NCBI GenBank assembly: GCA_051877275.1 | Contig: JBJEIS010000095.1 | Span: 1-51,696, forward strand | Source: Acutalibacteraceae bacterium | Lineage (GTDB): Bacteria; Bacillota; Clostridia; Oscillospirales; Acutalibacteraceae | Reading direction: 5' to 3' | DNA length: 51,696 nt | Shown: positions 28,103 to 38,202 of the stretch, piece after piece | Position numbering within the stretch: the stretch's first letter is position 1 | Layout of the letters: the number at the start of each line of letters is the position of its first letter | Notes under the pieces: model-generated | Seen by the model: only the letters and a program-made list of their open reading frames with translations | Told to the model about the DNA's origin: nothing | Database searches by the model: none | Translations under genes and position numbers: made by a program

Positions 28103-29341
28103 TTATATCACATTAAACCTTGTGTTGTTAAAAGAAACATCGGCATATTTAATATCAATCTGATGCGGCAGATTATCGTGATGGAACAGCGAACCATGAT
28201 TTTTGCCGTCGTCAACATCTTCAAAATCAAGCTGCTCGAATGTGCAGTCTGAAAAACGAATATCTTCCAATATATTTGCTTTTCTGCCGTGAATATACGG
28301 CATTCTGAACCCCTGAGCTTGAATATTATTAAAATGTATTCCTTTAATTTTTTTACACAGAGTGTTTTTACTTTCACCTATATTTATAAAAATCAAGCTG
28401 TCATAGCCTTTTTGCATAACAATATTATTAAAGCTTAGATTTTCAATATCCGTAGCCTCAATTCCCTGATCCGCCCAACGCTCGCCGTTGTTTGACGGAA
28501 GTGAAATTGATACACCTGTTGTGCAATCAGTCATAGTAAGATTAGAAAAAATACAATTTCTGATAACGCCGTCATTAATCCAACCTATTCTGATACCTGC
28601 TGCGTGAGAATGTAGATTACAATTAGTTATGCTGACATTCTCACAGACTTTTTTCTCAGTTAATGAGGCAGAATTTGCCCTAACAACCAATGTATCGTCA
28701 CTACAGGTCAAATTGCAATCAGAAACACAAACATTTCTGCTGCAATTAATATGAATACCGTCATTATTCGGCATATCAAGGTTACATTCAACTTTAATTC
28801 CTTTAATATTAACATAATCGCAGTCGTGAATCCAAAAGGTCCAGCCGGCAGTTTCATTATAGAAAAACGTGTCTTCGATTTTGACATTTCTGCAGCCTAC
28901 AAAGAACATAACTCTCGGCGGTGTAGGTTTATCTACTCGCTTATAAGGCATATAATAATCGTTTGCCTTTTCTACAAATTTTTCACCGCTGCATCTGATA
29001 CTGCCCATACCGGTAATACTGATATTTTCACATTCATCAGCCATAATAAAACAAGCATTTCTGTATCTCGGCAGCATTTCGGTCTTAACATGTTTCACAT
29101 CATTTTCAGGAAAGCTTTCAATTTCTTTTGAGCTTACCAAAACTGCATTATTTGCAATATGAAGTTCAACAAAGCTTTTTAAAAATATTGTTCCGCTTAC
29201 AAACTCGCCGTTTTCAACAACAACTTTTCCGCCGCCGTTTTTATGACATTCATCAATTGCGCTTTGAATGGCTTTAGTATTATCTGTTTTATTATCGCCG
29301 ACTGCTCCGAAATCTAATATGCTGTAAATTTTTGTACTCAT
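28103..29341 (-). CDS. Glycoside hydrolase family 28-like right-handed beta-helix protein, no signal peptide
   Basis: N-terminal block DFGAVGDNKTDNTKAIQSAIDECHKNGGGKV. GH28-like blocks NNDGIHI, SDDTL and IRIGW. I prefer the ATG at 29341, 6 nt after AGGTGA. The track uses the GTG at 29350. Confidence 0.7.
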   Translation of the reverse strand: MSTKIYSILDFGAVGDNKTDNTKAIQSAIDECHKNGGGKVVVENGEFVSGTIFLKSFVELHIANNAVLVSSKEIESFPENDVKHVKTEMLPRYRNACFIMADECENISITGMGSIRCSGEKFVEKANDYYMPYKRVDKPTPPRVMFFVGCRNVKIEDTFFYNETAGWTFWIHDCDYVNIKGIKVECNLDMPNNDGIHINCSRNVCVSDCNLTCSDDTLVVRANSASLTEKKVCENVSITNCNLHSHAAGIRIGWINDGVIRNCIFSNLTMTDCTTGVSISLPSNNGERWADQGIEATDIENLSFNNIVMQKGYDSLIFINIGESKNTLCKKIKGIHFNNIQAQGFRMPYIHGRKANILEDIRFSDCTFEQLDFEDVDDGKNHGSLFHHDNLPHQIDIKYADVSFNNTRFNVI

Positions 29342-29363
29342 ATTTTTCACCTAAAGCTGATTT

Positions 29364-29999
29364 TTATTTCTGTTTTTCCTGTAATTGTTTCTCTAACTGC
29401 TCAATTTTATATTCCAAAGAGCATATTTTTTGTGCCACAGGGTCAGGAAAATGAATCTGATCGAGATCGCATTTATGCGGCTCGCCTTTTATTTTAACAA
29501 CCCTTGCCGGGATACCAACCGCAGTACAGTCAGCAGGAATTTCATTAAGAACTACTGCGCCTGCGGCGATTTTTGTGTTATCGCCTACTTTAAACGGTCC
29601 TAAAACCTTTGCGCCTGCACCAATCATAACATTATTGCCGATTGTAGGATGGCGCTTGCCCGTATCTTTACCTGTTCCTCCGAGCGTTACTCCCTGATAA
29701 ATAGTGACATCATCACCGATAACTGTCGTTTCACCGATAACAACGCCTGTACCGTGGTCAATGAAAAATCTTCTTCCGATTTCGGCGGCAGGATGAATTT
29801 CAATTCCGGTTTTTTTTACGCATCTCTGAGAAATCCAACGAGCGATAAAAAATCTTTTATGTCGGTAAAAGAAATGAGCTCTGCGGTACATTCTGACCGC
29901 TTTCATTCCCGGATATAGCAATAATATTTGTAAAGAAGAAGTTGCGGCAGGGTCATTGGCCTTAACAGTTGCAATATCTTCTCTCAATCTGTCAAACAT
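29364..29999 (-). CDS. cysE: Serine O-acetyltransferase
   Basis: Left-handed beta-helix hexapeptide repeats: IHPAAEIGRRFFIDHGTGVVIGETTVIGDDVTIYQGVTLGG. Confidence 0.9.
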   Translation of the reverse strand: MFDRLREDIATVKANDPAATSSLQILLLYPGMKAVRMYRRAHFFYRHKRFFIARWISQRCVKKTGIEIHPAAEIGRRFFIDHGTGVVIGETTVIGDDVTIYQGVTLGGTGKDTGKRHPTIGNNVMIGAGAKVLGPFKVGDNTKIAAGAVVLNEIPADCTAVGIPARVVKIKGEPHKCDLDQIHFPDPVAQKICSLEYKIEQLEKQLQEKQK

Positions 30000-30022
30000 A
30001 AAGTATAAATACTCCTTTCACT

Positions 30023-30236
30023 GTAAAAACAAAACTCCGTTGTGCAAAAAACACAACGGAGGCGAATTATTTAAAATTCACGGTTCCACTCCAAAGCAAA
30101 ACTCATCATACCCTTTAACGGCGGGGAACCGAGCAGAGATACTTGTAAAATTCACTCTGCCGACAATGACGGCGCACTTCAAAAATACCGCATATGCGCC
30201 GCTTTCAGCCTATGGCGAACGCTCTCTTTAAAATGC
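30023..30236 (-). promoter_or_regulatory. T-box leader (tRNA-sensing riboswitch), probably Cys-specific
   Basis: Minus strand shows, in order: an AGAGAG box, GCTGAAA, the candidate specifier UGC (30176-30174, in GAAGUGCG), a CGTTA F-box, the T-box GGAGTGGAACCGTG (30077-30095), and the terminator CTCCGTTGTG / CACAACGGAG plus a T run (30023-30061). It lies upstream of cysE. Confidence 0.8.
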
Positions 30237-30313
30237 TTTGTATATTCTACTCTACCTCATTATAGTCTTTAACCTGTATATTTAATTATATCACACAAAA
30301 TAAAAAAAGTAAA

Positions 30314-30889
30314 CTATTTATTTGAATTAATATATTCCTTGTTTTCTACAATATATGTCAGACCTGCAATCAATGTTAAAACTGCAGAAATCCACAAAAG
30401 CAGAGAATAAACAATCTCAAATGCAAAAGCTACGCTTTGAGACAAATTAAATGCCTCGTTTAAAAAGCACAAAAACAATGTAACGCATATCGCAACCATT
30501 TGCATTACGGTTTTTGACTTGCCCCACATATTCGCCGCAACTACCTTGCCGTTATCAACCGCAGCTAAACGAACCGATGTCACAACAAATTCACGAAGCA
30601 GCACAATAAATGTAATCCAGACAATACCATAGCCTATTTTCAAATAAGTAAATCCCAAAAAGGCGGCTGTTGTAAGCATTTTATCCGCAATAGGGTCCAA
30701 AAACTTTCCGAAATCGGTTATTAAATTTTGCTCTCTTGCAATTTTCCCATCATAATAATCGGTAATTGAAGCAACAGCAAAAATTAATAATGCAACCAAA
30801 TAATGATATGGAAAATCGATAAGAAGCGACACCATAAATATAGGTGCAAGAACAAATCTTATTATGGTGAGTTTGTTTGGAAAATTCAT
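30314..30889 (-). CDS. pgsA: CDP-diacylglycerol--glycerol-3-phosphate 3-phosphatidyltransferase
   Basis: CDP-alcohol phosphatidyltransferase motif DYYDGKIAR...GKFLDPIADK. Membrane protein of 191 aa. Confidence 0.88.
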   Translation of the reverse strand: MNFPNKLTIIRFVLAPIFMVSLLIDFPYHYLVALLIFAVASITDYYDGKIAREQNLITDFGKFLDPIADKMLTTAAFLGFTYLKIGYGIVWITFIVLLREFVVTSVRLAAVDNGKVVAANMWGKSKTVMQMVAICVTLFLCFLNEAFNLSQSVAFAFEIVYSLLLWISAVLTLIAGLTYIVENKEYINSNK

Positions 30890-32214
30890 TAAATCTCTTC
30901 TCCTAAAAGGTCATAATCAATTCTGTCATAAATTTTAAGCGGTAAAATTTCGCCTGCTTTATGCTCTTTTTCTGTCATAAAGAAAACTTTTCCGTCTATA
31001 TCAGGCGCATCCATTTTACTTCTTCCGTAGTAGCATTTATTCATTCGGTCATATCCCTCAACAAGCACATCAAGAGTTTTACCGATTTGAGCTTCTGCAA
31101 GTTCATCATTAACAACAGACTGTTCAGCCATCAAAACCTCAAGACGTCGGCTTTTTACCTCTTCATCTATCTGGTCAGGAAATTCTGCCGCAGGCGTGCC
31201 TTCTTCAGCAGAATAAGTGAAAGCACCCATTCTTGAAAATTTGCTCTGCTGAACAAATTCGGCCAATGTTTCAAAATCTTCGTCACTCTCGCCCGGAAAA
31301 CCTACAATAAATGTAGTTCTTATAGTAATATCCGGAATCTCTTCACGAAGTTTTTTAATTAAATCACGAAGCATTTTAGAATCGCCCGAACGGTTCATCC
31401 TTTTCAAAATCTTATCACTCGCATGCTGCATAGGAATATCAAGATAATGAAGCACTTTATCATTTCGCTTAATTGAAGAAATAAGTTCATCAGTTATCTT
31501 GTCAGGATATGTGTATAAAATTCTTATCCATTCAATTCCGTCGATTTTTTGAAGCTCATCAAGTAACTCAGGTAATTTATATTCACCGTATAAGTCTTCA
31601 CCGTAACGAGTAGTATCCTGTGCAATAAGAATAATCTCTTTTGCTCCGCCTTTAGCCAAATTTTCAGCCTCGGCAATAACGTTCTCCATCTCTCTTGAAC
31701 GGAATTTACCGCGAATCATAGGAATTGCACAGTAAGTACATCTGTTATCACAACCGTCGGCAATACGAAGATAAGCGGTATAAGACGGTGAAGTTAACAT
31801 TCTGTCGCCGTTCATCAAAAGATTTTCTTTTTCCGAAAAAGGACTGTAAGGACAGCCGCCGAGCGCTTTGCTTACAATTTCACAAATATTTTTATTCTCA
31901 CCGATACCCACAACCGCGTCAACCTCAGGCATTTCTGAAAGGATTTCATCGCGGTAGCGTTCAGCAAGGCAGCCTGTAACAATAATTGCTTTAAGCGTGC
32001 CTTTTTTCTTCAATTCACCGAGTTCAATAATGTTATCAATAGCTTCTTGTTTAGCGTCTGCAATAAAGCCGCAGGTATTTACAATTATAGCCTGCGCCTG
32101 ATTTTCATCAGCGGTTATCTCATAACCGCCCTCTTGCAAAAATGATAACATTATTTCTGCGTCAACCTGATTTTTAGGGCATCCCAAAGACACCATTCCA
32201 ACTTTAACTGCCAT
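30889..32214 (-). CDS. rimO: Ribosomal protein S12 methylthiotransferase (radical SAM MTTase)
   Basis: N-terminal VSLGCPKNQVD, radical SAM cluster CDNRCTYC, and a C-terminal TRAM-like domain. Confidence 0.82.
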   Translation of the reverse strand: MAVKVGMVSLGCPKNQVDAEIMLSFLQEGGYEITADENQAQAIIVNTCGFIADAKQEAIDNIIELGELKKKGTLKAIIVTGCLAERYRDEILSEMPEVDAVVGIGENKNICEIVSKALGGCPYSPFSEKENLLMNGDRMLTSPSYTAYLRIADGCDNRCTYCAIPMIRGKFRSREMENVIAEAENLAKGGAKEIILIAQDTTRYGEDLYGEYKLPELLDELQKIDGIEWIRILYTYPDKITDELISSIKRNDKVLHYLDIPMQHASDKILKRMNRSGDSKMLRDLIKKLREEIPDITIRTTFIVGFPGESDEDFETLAEFVQQSKFSRMGAFTYSAEEGTPAAEFPDQIDEEVKSRRLEVLMAEQSVVNDELAEAQIGKTLDVLVEGYDRMNKCYYGRSKMDAPDIDGKVFFMTEKEHKAGEILPLKIYDRIDYDLLGEEI

Positions 32215-32248
32215 TGTGTTCTCCTAATAATATATATTTAATCGAATA

Positions 32249-32872
32249 CTAATCAATATCCGTCATATTTTCATTTTCAACTGTCAAGGTCGCCTGTTTT
32301 ATAACGCTGTATGAATATCCTTTTCGTTGCAAAGCAGCAAACATTCGGCGATTAATTTTTTCATCTTCATTAAAAGCAGGATATTTTATTCTTATAATTT
32401 CTGCCGCGCTTTCAACCTCATCATTACAAAACTCATCTGCAACTGCTTCAGCAATTTCTCGGTCAACACCTTTGAGCAAAAGCTCAGTGATTACTGCGCG
32501 TTTACCGAGTTTTCGGTTTTCTTTTAAATTATATGCAAAATTATAGGCAAAGCGTTCATCATCAATCACGCCGGCTTCGACTAATCTCTCAACCGCCTCG
32601 ACAACTGCATCTTCATCAAAACCGTCTTTTTTCAAACGCAAAATCATTTCTTTTTCAGAATACTCTCTGCGTCCCAAAAGCCACATTGCTTTTGAAGTTG
32701 CTCTTGTAACACTCGAATCATAGCGCAGGCTCTCAACATCAGCTTCATCAAGAGCCTGACCTACTTTCAATCCGTTTTTAACAACAGTTTCTTTATCTAA
32801 AAGCACACTTTCATCTTCAAAAACAACCTCAAAACAATGTTTCTTGGCTTGTTTAATGTTTGTGATAATCAT
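32249..32872 (-). CDS. recX: Recombination regulator RecX
   Basis: 207-aa helical-repeat protein. Its start abuts the recA stop. Confidence 0.75.
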   Translation of the reverse strand: MIITNIKQAKKHCFEVVFEDESVLLDKETVVKNGLKVGQALDEADVESLRYDSSVTRATSKAMWLLGRREYSEKEMILRLKKDGFDEDAVVEAVERLVEAGVIDDERFAYNFAYNLKENRKLGKRAVITELLLKGVDREIAEAVADEFCNDEVESAAEIIRIKYPAFNEDEKINRRMFAALQRKGYSYSVIKQATLTVENENMTDID

Positions 32873-34020
32873 TAATCTTCAACTGCAATATCTATATCAA
32901 TATCCGCTGCTTTAGGCATAGCCGGTGTTTCAGGCTCGCTTTCAACAGCAGGCTCTTCAAGTCCCGAAAGCTTTGCTTTTTTTAACTTAGGTTTTTTAGA
33001 ACCGAATAATTCATCGCGGTGTTCTTTGATTTTTTGTTCAATTTCATCCATAAGTTCAGGATTTTCAGCTAAATAAATTTTAACCTTTTCCCTACCCTGA
33101 CCGATTTTTTCACCGTTATACGCAAACCATGCGCCGGATTTTTGAATAACGCCGCATTCAACACCGAGGTCGACAATCTCGCCTTCTTTAGAGATGCCCT
33201 CGCCGTACATAATATCAAATTCAGCCTCTTTAAACGGAGGTGCAACCTTATTCTTAACAATTTTAGCTTTTGTTCTTGAGCCGACAAACTCATTTGCAAC
33301 CTTTAATTTTTCAGCTCTTCTAATTTCAATTCTAACCGAAGAATAGAATTTAAGCGCTCTACCGCCTGTTGTAACCTCAGGGTTGCCGTAAACCACGCCA
33401 ACTTTTTCACGAAGCTGGTTAATAAAAATAACCGCACAGTTTGACTTTGCAATGCAAGCAGTAAGTTTTCTCAATGCCTGTGACATCAAGCGTGCCTGCA
33501 AGCCTACATGACTGTCACCCATAAGCCCGTCGATTTCAGCCTTTGGAACAAGCGCCGCAACCGAGTCTACAACAACTATGTCAATAGCATTTGAACGAAC
33601 AAGCGCCTCACAAATCTCAAGCGCCTGCTCACCTGTATCAGGCTGTGAAACAAGCAATGAATCAATATCAACGCCGAGCGCCTGTGCATAATCAGGGTCA
33701 AGTGCATGCTCAACATCTATAAATGCAGCCTCGCCGCCGTTTTTCTGAGCTTCTGCAACTGCATGAAGTGCTATTGTGGTTTTACCTGAAGATTCAGGAC
33801 CGTAAATCTCAATAATTCTTCCCTTTGGAATACCGCCTATTCCAAGCGCCATATCAAGTGCAACAGATCCTGTTGAAATTGCCTCAACATTCATGCTCGT
33901 AGTATCACCGAGCTTCATTACCGCACCTTTGCCGTATGCTTTTTCAATCTGATCAAGCGCATCCTGCAGCGCCTTTTGTTTAGGGTCTAACTTATCCTTT
34001 GATGTAGTTTTTCCAGCCAT
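32872..34020 (-). CDS. recA: Recombinase RecA
   Basis: Walker [10 protein letters not shown] and RecA core blocks. It has an extended acidic, Pro-rich C-terminal tail. Length is 382 aa. Confidence 0.95.
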   Translation of the reverse strand: MAGKTTSKDKLDPKQKALQDALDQIEKAYGKGAVMKLGDTTSMNVEAISTGSVALDMALGIGGIPKGRIIEIYGPESSGKTTIALHAVAEAQKNGGEAAFIDVEHALDPDYAQALGVDIDSLLVSQPDTGEQALEICEALVRSNAIDIVVVDSVAALVPKAEIDGLMGDSHVGLQARLMSQALRKLTACIAKSNCAVIFINQLREKVGVVYGNPEVTTGGRALKFYSSVRIEIRRAEKLKVANEFVGSRTKAKIVKNKVAPPFKEAEFDIMYGEGISKEGEIVDLGVECGVIQKSGAWFAYNGEKIGQGREKVKIYLAENPELMDEIEQKIKEHRDELFGSKKPKLKKAKLSGLEEPAVESEPETPAMPKAADIDIDIAVED

Positions 34021-34038
34021 TTTATATTTCTCCTTTTT

Positions 34039-34854
34039 CTATTTTTCCGCTTTAATTACTCTGATAATTCCATTTAAATCTTTTATCATAGAAATATCGG
34101 AATACCCGTTGTTTTGCAAAATTGAAAATACTCTTTCACTCATTGTATACCCAATTTCAAACGCAAGGGTGAATTTTTTATTAATTTTAAAATTTTCTGC
34201 GATTTTTTCATAAAACAGCAACCCGTCATTTTCTGCAAAAAGCGCAGTATGCGGTTCATTAAGAACCTCTTTTGACAAATACTGCTTTTCATTAATCGCT
34301 ATATAAGGCGGATTTGAAACAACCAAATCATATTCACCTTTAAATTCAAGTGCGTCAGCTTTTATCGCACTAATATTATCAGCATTATTATGTTTAATGT
34401 TTTTTTCCAAATACCGAAATGCATCATCATAAAGCTCAACTGCATCTACTTGCGCGTCTTTTCTGCATTTTGCAATCGCAACCGCGATAGCGCCGCTTCC
34501 CGAGCATAAATCAAGCACCTTGGGATTTTTAATATTTTTAATAGCATCAAGCGCAGTATCTACCAAAACTTCGGTATCGTCACGCGGTACAAGAACACCT
34601 TTACCGACAAAAAACTCGTAAGAATAAAACTCACAAACACCTAAAACATAATAAATAGGTAAGCCTTCATTGCGTTTTTTTACAAATTCAAAGCATTTTT
34701 CAATAACTTCTTTTTCGGCATTTTGCTGACGAAGCTTCATAAAGCCCGTATTATCGGTATTTGCCGCGGTTAAAACTATCTGTTTTGCTTCAAAAGCGAC
34801 GTTGTCGTTTTCAAGAAGCCTTTCAACCTCTTTCAGTAATTCAAAATAGGTCAT
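34039..34854 (-). CDS. prmC: Release factor glutamine N5-methyltransferase
   Basis: SAM fold VLDLCSGSGAIA and catalytic NPPY (VSNPPYI). Confidence 0.88.
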   Translation of the reverse strand: MTYFELLKEVERLLENDNVAFEAKQIVLTAANTDNTGFMKLRQQNAEKEVIEKCFEFVKKRNEGLPIYYVLGVCEFYSYEFFVGKGVLVPRDDTEVLVDTALDAIKNIKNPKVLDLCSGSGAIAVAIAKCRKDAQVDAVELYDDAFRYLEKNIKHNNADNISAIKADALEFKGEYDLVVSNPPYIAINEKQYLSKEVLNEPHTALFAENDGLLFYEKIAENFKINKKFTLAFEIGYTMSERVFSILQNNGYSDISMIKDLNGIIRVIKAEK

Positions 34855-35930
34855 ATTCTATCTAATTCAGGATTTTCGGGAATAACCTCTTCCATTGCAC
34901 GAATTGCAACTTCAATCATTTCGGCATCAGGCTCTTTTGTTGTTAAACGCTGAACCCAAAGTCCCGGTGCGGCGATAATTTTTGTAATTATATTATCATG
35001 TCTGCCACAGAATTTGATAAGTTCATAACCTACACCGCAGAAAAGCGGTATAAGCAAAATCTTAATTATAACCCAAATCGTAGTAAGCTTTGTAACTCCC
35101 GGTGCAACAAGCACTATAATTGTTGAAAAAATAATGCCGACCGCTATCATCAAAAACATAAATGAAGTTCCGCAGCGAGGATGAAAACGAGTTTGTTTTA
35201 AAACATTTTCAACCGTTAACGGCAAGCCCTTTTCATAACAAAAAATTGTTTTATGCTCTGCGCCATGATATTTAAACAGCTTTTTAATTTCCGAAGTCTG
35301 CGAAACCAAAACTATGTAGCCTATAAAAATTGCTATTTTCATAAGACCTTCCAATAAAGGACGCCAATTCTGCAAAACACCTTCTTTAATTGCCGATGCA
35401 GTAACCGAAACATCTGTTGTTACCGCAGAATTAAGAAGATTAAATAAAACCGAAGGCACCCACATAAACAAAAAGACTGCGAGCAAAACGCCTAAAACTG
35501 TTCCTATTCCCATAATTACCGAAAGTAACCCGTCAGAAATTTTAGAAGATTTGTTTTCTTCCGCCTCTTTCAGCTCTTCATAAGGAATACCTTTTTTCTC
35601 TGCCTTTTTACGAAGCTTTTTTTCCTTTTTTTCTGCTTCTTCCATTTCTTCGATTTCAGTCATACCTGACAAGTCAGCCGAACGCATCAATGTTTTCATT
35701 CCGACATACATTGTAATGCCGAATTGAACAACGCCCCTAATAACCGGCCACTTAAAAATCGGACAGATTTTACCCGCGTTCGGAAATTTAACATCTTCAA
35801 CCGCAATAGATCGGTCGGGAGTTCTTACCGCCAAAACGGTACGCTCGGGTCCTTTCATCATAATACCCTCAATAACCGCCTGACCGCCTATTGAGGTTTT
35901 TTTGCAGATTCCGCAATTATCTTTACTCAT
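34851..35930 (-). CDS. DUF1385-family membrane protein
   Basis: Blocks GGQAVIEGIMMKGP and YHGAEHK. It lies upstream of prmC, overlapping it by 4 nt, in the usual pairing. Confidence 0.75.
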   Translation of the reverse strand: MSKDNCGICKKTSIGGQAVIEGIMMKGPERTVLAVRTPDRSIAVEDVKFPNAGKICPIFKWPVIRGVVQFGITMYVGMKTLMRSADLSGMTEIEEMEEAEKKEKKLRKKAEKKGIPYEELKEAEENKSSKISDGLLSVIMGIGTVLGVLLAVFLFMWVPSVLFNLLNSAVTTDVSVTASAIKEGVLQNWRPLLEGLMKIAIFIGYIVLVSQTSEIKKLFKYHGAEHKTIFCYEKGLPLTVENVLKQTRFHPRCGTSFMFLMIAVGIIFSTIIVLVAPGVTKLTTIWVIIKILLIPLFCGVGYELIKFCGRHDNIITKIIAAPGLWVQRLTTKEPDAEMIEVAIRAMEEVIPENPELDRI

Positions 35931-35948
35931 TAACTGTATCCTTTCATT

Positions 35949-37427
35949 TTACTGTATATCTGTATCGTTAATACTTGATTTCGTCGGTTCATTTTTAATA
36001 AATGGCAACGCAATAGTAACAGTTGTACCGGCGCCTTCTTTTGAATCAACCATTAAAACACCGTCGTGCTGCTTAATAATCTCATCTGCCATAGCAAGTC
36101 CGATTCCCGAACCGCGAACAGTATTATTTGCTTTATAAAACTTCTCTTTTACTCTTGATAAATCCTCAACCGCGATACCGCAGCCCATATCGGTAACCTT
36201 TACCTGAACATAAACATCCGACTGCGAAGCTTCAACCATAACCGTTCCGCTGTCACCCGAATATTTAATAGCATTATCAATAATATTTATAAACACCTGC
36301 TTTAATCTTGCAGGATCTGCCATAACCGGGGGCAACTGCTCAGGCGCTAAAAATTCAAGCTGAAGTCCTTTTTTCTTTGCCTCGGTCTGATACATAATAA
36401 CTGCTTCGCCGAGTTCAGCAATAATATCTACCTTTTCTTTTCTTATCTGCAATCTGCCTGACTGCATTCTTGAAAAATCAAGCAAATCCTCAACCAATCC
36501 CGAAAGACGGTAAACCTCTCCGTTTATAACATCTACACCTTTTTTTACAAGCTCATCATCAACACCCACAGAAGATTTTACAGTTTCTGACCAGCCTTGA
36601 ATAACAGTAAGCGGAGTACGCAGTTCATGAGAAACACTTGAAATAAAGTCATTTTTCAGCTTTTCGGTGCTTTCAAGCTCCGACGCCATATAATTTATAG
36701 TATCACAAAGCTTTCCTATTTCGTCGGCGTCATTAACCGGAAGTCTGTCGCTGAAATTGCCGTTTGCAATACGAAAAGCAGTATTTGTAATCGCACCGAT
36801 AGGCCCCAAAATTGATTTTAAAAACAACATTCCCGAAACAATTGTTACAACGATAAGAATTATTCCTATTCCTATCATCACAAGAGTATTAAAAAGTATT
36901 GTACGCTCAATTTTTTCAAGCGAAACAACAAATCTGATTGCACCGATGCGAACGCCGTTGTATTTCGGCATAAGCTCGGTTTTAGCCATAATTTTTTCGC
37001 CGTTTCCGTTTTTGCCTATAAATTCTCCTGTTGCACAGTCGCTTCTAAATGCGTCGGTATAATCTGTATAAGTATCATCAGAATTAATATATCCTTTTGA
37101 AGAAATAAAAGCCTCGCCGTAACGGTTTATAAATTGCACTTCAACCACATTTTTATCATTATAAGAATTAATAAATTCTTTTGCCGCAATTTCAAATTCC
37201 GCCGATGTGCTTGAAGACTTTTCACTCATAAATTCAACACAAGAATTAATTCTTGAATCAAGATTATCACTTACATAGTTGTAATAATAATTTCTTACAA
37301 AAAACGCAAGAATAATTTCAATTACAATAACTACTAAAACAACGACGCCGATAATATCCATAAGCCAGCGCTTTTTTAAGCCCTTAACCTGCAAATCTTC
37401 GGGATTAATATTAAATTCCTTTCTCAT
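35949..37427 (-). CDS. Sensor histidine kinase, WalK/VicK-like, without a cytoplasmic PAS domain
   Basis: Two TM helices flank an extracytoplasmic domain of about 130 aa. It has a HAMP domain, H-box SHELRTPL, N-box IDNAIKYS and G-box GSGIGLAMA. Confidence 0.85.
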   Translation of the reverse strand: MRKEFNINPEDLQVKGLKKRWLMDIIGVVVLVVIVIEIILAFFVRNYYYNYVSDNLDSRINSCVEFMSEKSSSTSAEFEIAAKEFINSYNDKNVVEVQFINRYGEAFISSKGYINSDDTYTDYTDAFRSDCATGEFIGKNGNGEKIMAKTELMPKYNGVRIGAIRFVVSLEKIERTILFNTLVMIGIGIILIVVTIVSGMLFLKSILGPIGAITNTAFRIANGNFSDRLPVNDADEIGKLCDTINYMASELESTEKLKNDFISSVSHELRTPLTVIQGWSETVKSSVGVDDELVKKGVDVINGEVYRLSGLVEDLLDFSRMQSGRLQIRKEKVDIIAELGEAVIMYQTEAKKKGLQLEFLAPEQLPPVMADPARLKQVFINIIDNAIKYSGDSGTVMVEASQSDVYVQVKVTDMGCGIAVEDLSRVKEKFYKANNTVRGSGIGLAMADEIIKQHDGVLMVDSKEGAGTTVTIALPFIKNEPTKSSINDTDIQ

Positions 37428-37468
37428 TTACCGGCACCGTCCTTTCACAAAAAATTAACTAAAATGCT

Positions 37469-38173
37469 TTATTCAACATTCCATTTGTATCCTCTTCCCC
37501 AAACAGTTACAACATATCTCGGTTCCGAAGGATCATCTTCAATTTTCATACGAAGTCTGCGAATATTTACATCAACGATTTTTTCCTCGCCGATGAATGA
37601 TTCGCCCCACACTCTTTTTAAAATATCAAGTCGGTCAACAGGCTGACCTGCCGCAGAAAAAAGATACTCAACAATCTGAAACTCAACAGGAGTAAGCTCA
37701 ATTTCAACGCCTCTTTTAACAAGAGTTCTGCGGCGAAGATTTAATTTGAAATCACCGATTACTATTTCATCGGAAACTACCGCGTTGCTCGCTTGTTTAT
37801 TAAGCATTTCAACTCTGCGGTTAAGCGAATCAACTCTTGCTACCAATTCTGTCGGTGAAAACGGCTTTGTCATATAGTCGTCAGCACCCATCATAAGCGC
37901 CGAAACCTTATCCATCTCCTGAGATTTTGCAGTAAGCATAATAATACCGACTGTGGCATTTTTAGCTCTGATTTGCTTGCAAACACTCAAACCGTCGATG
38001 CCCGGCATCATTATATCAAGCAAAACAACATGAAAATCATCTTGGCTGAAAAAGATTTCAATTGCTTCTTCGCCCGAGCCTGCCTCAACAGTTTCGTAGC
38101 CCGCTCTTTTAAGATTGATAACAACAAATTCTCTGATTGCAGCTTCATCTTCCACTACAAGTATTTTTTTCAT
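37469..38173 (-). CDS. OmpR-family response regulator, WalR-like
   Basis: Receiver domain (ILVVEDE..., LLDIMMPG, KP motif in TKPF) and a winged-helix C-terminus (VWGRGYKW). Confidence 0.88.
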   Translation of the reverse strand: MKKILVVEDEAAIREFVVINLKRAGYETVEAGSGEEAIEIFFSQDDFHVVLLDIMMPGIDGLSVCKQIRAKNATVGIIMLTAKSQEMDKVSALMMGADDYMTKPFSPTELVARVDSLNRRVEMLNKQASNAVVSDEIVIGDFKLNLRRRTLVKRGVEIELTPVEFQIVEYLFSAAGQPVDRLDILKRVWGESFIGEEKIVDVNIRRLRMKIEDDPSEPRYVVTVWGRGYKWNVE

Positions 38174-38202
38174 AATAAATAATCCTTCCGTTGGCTTTTG
38201 CT

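Noticed and set aside
29956-30231. A 91-aa plus-strand ORF in the cysE upstream region.
   Set aside because: The region is fully explained by the T-box leader on the opposite strand. There is no RBS.
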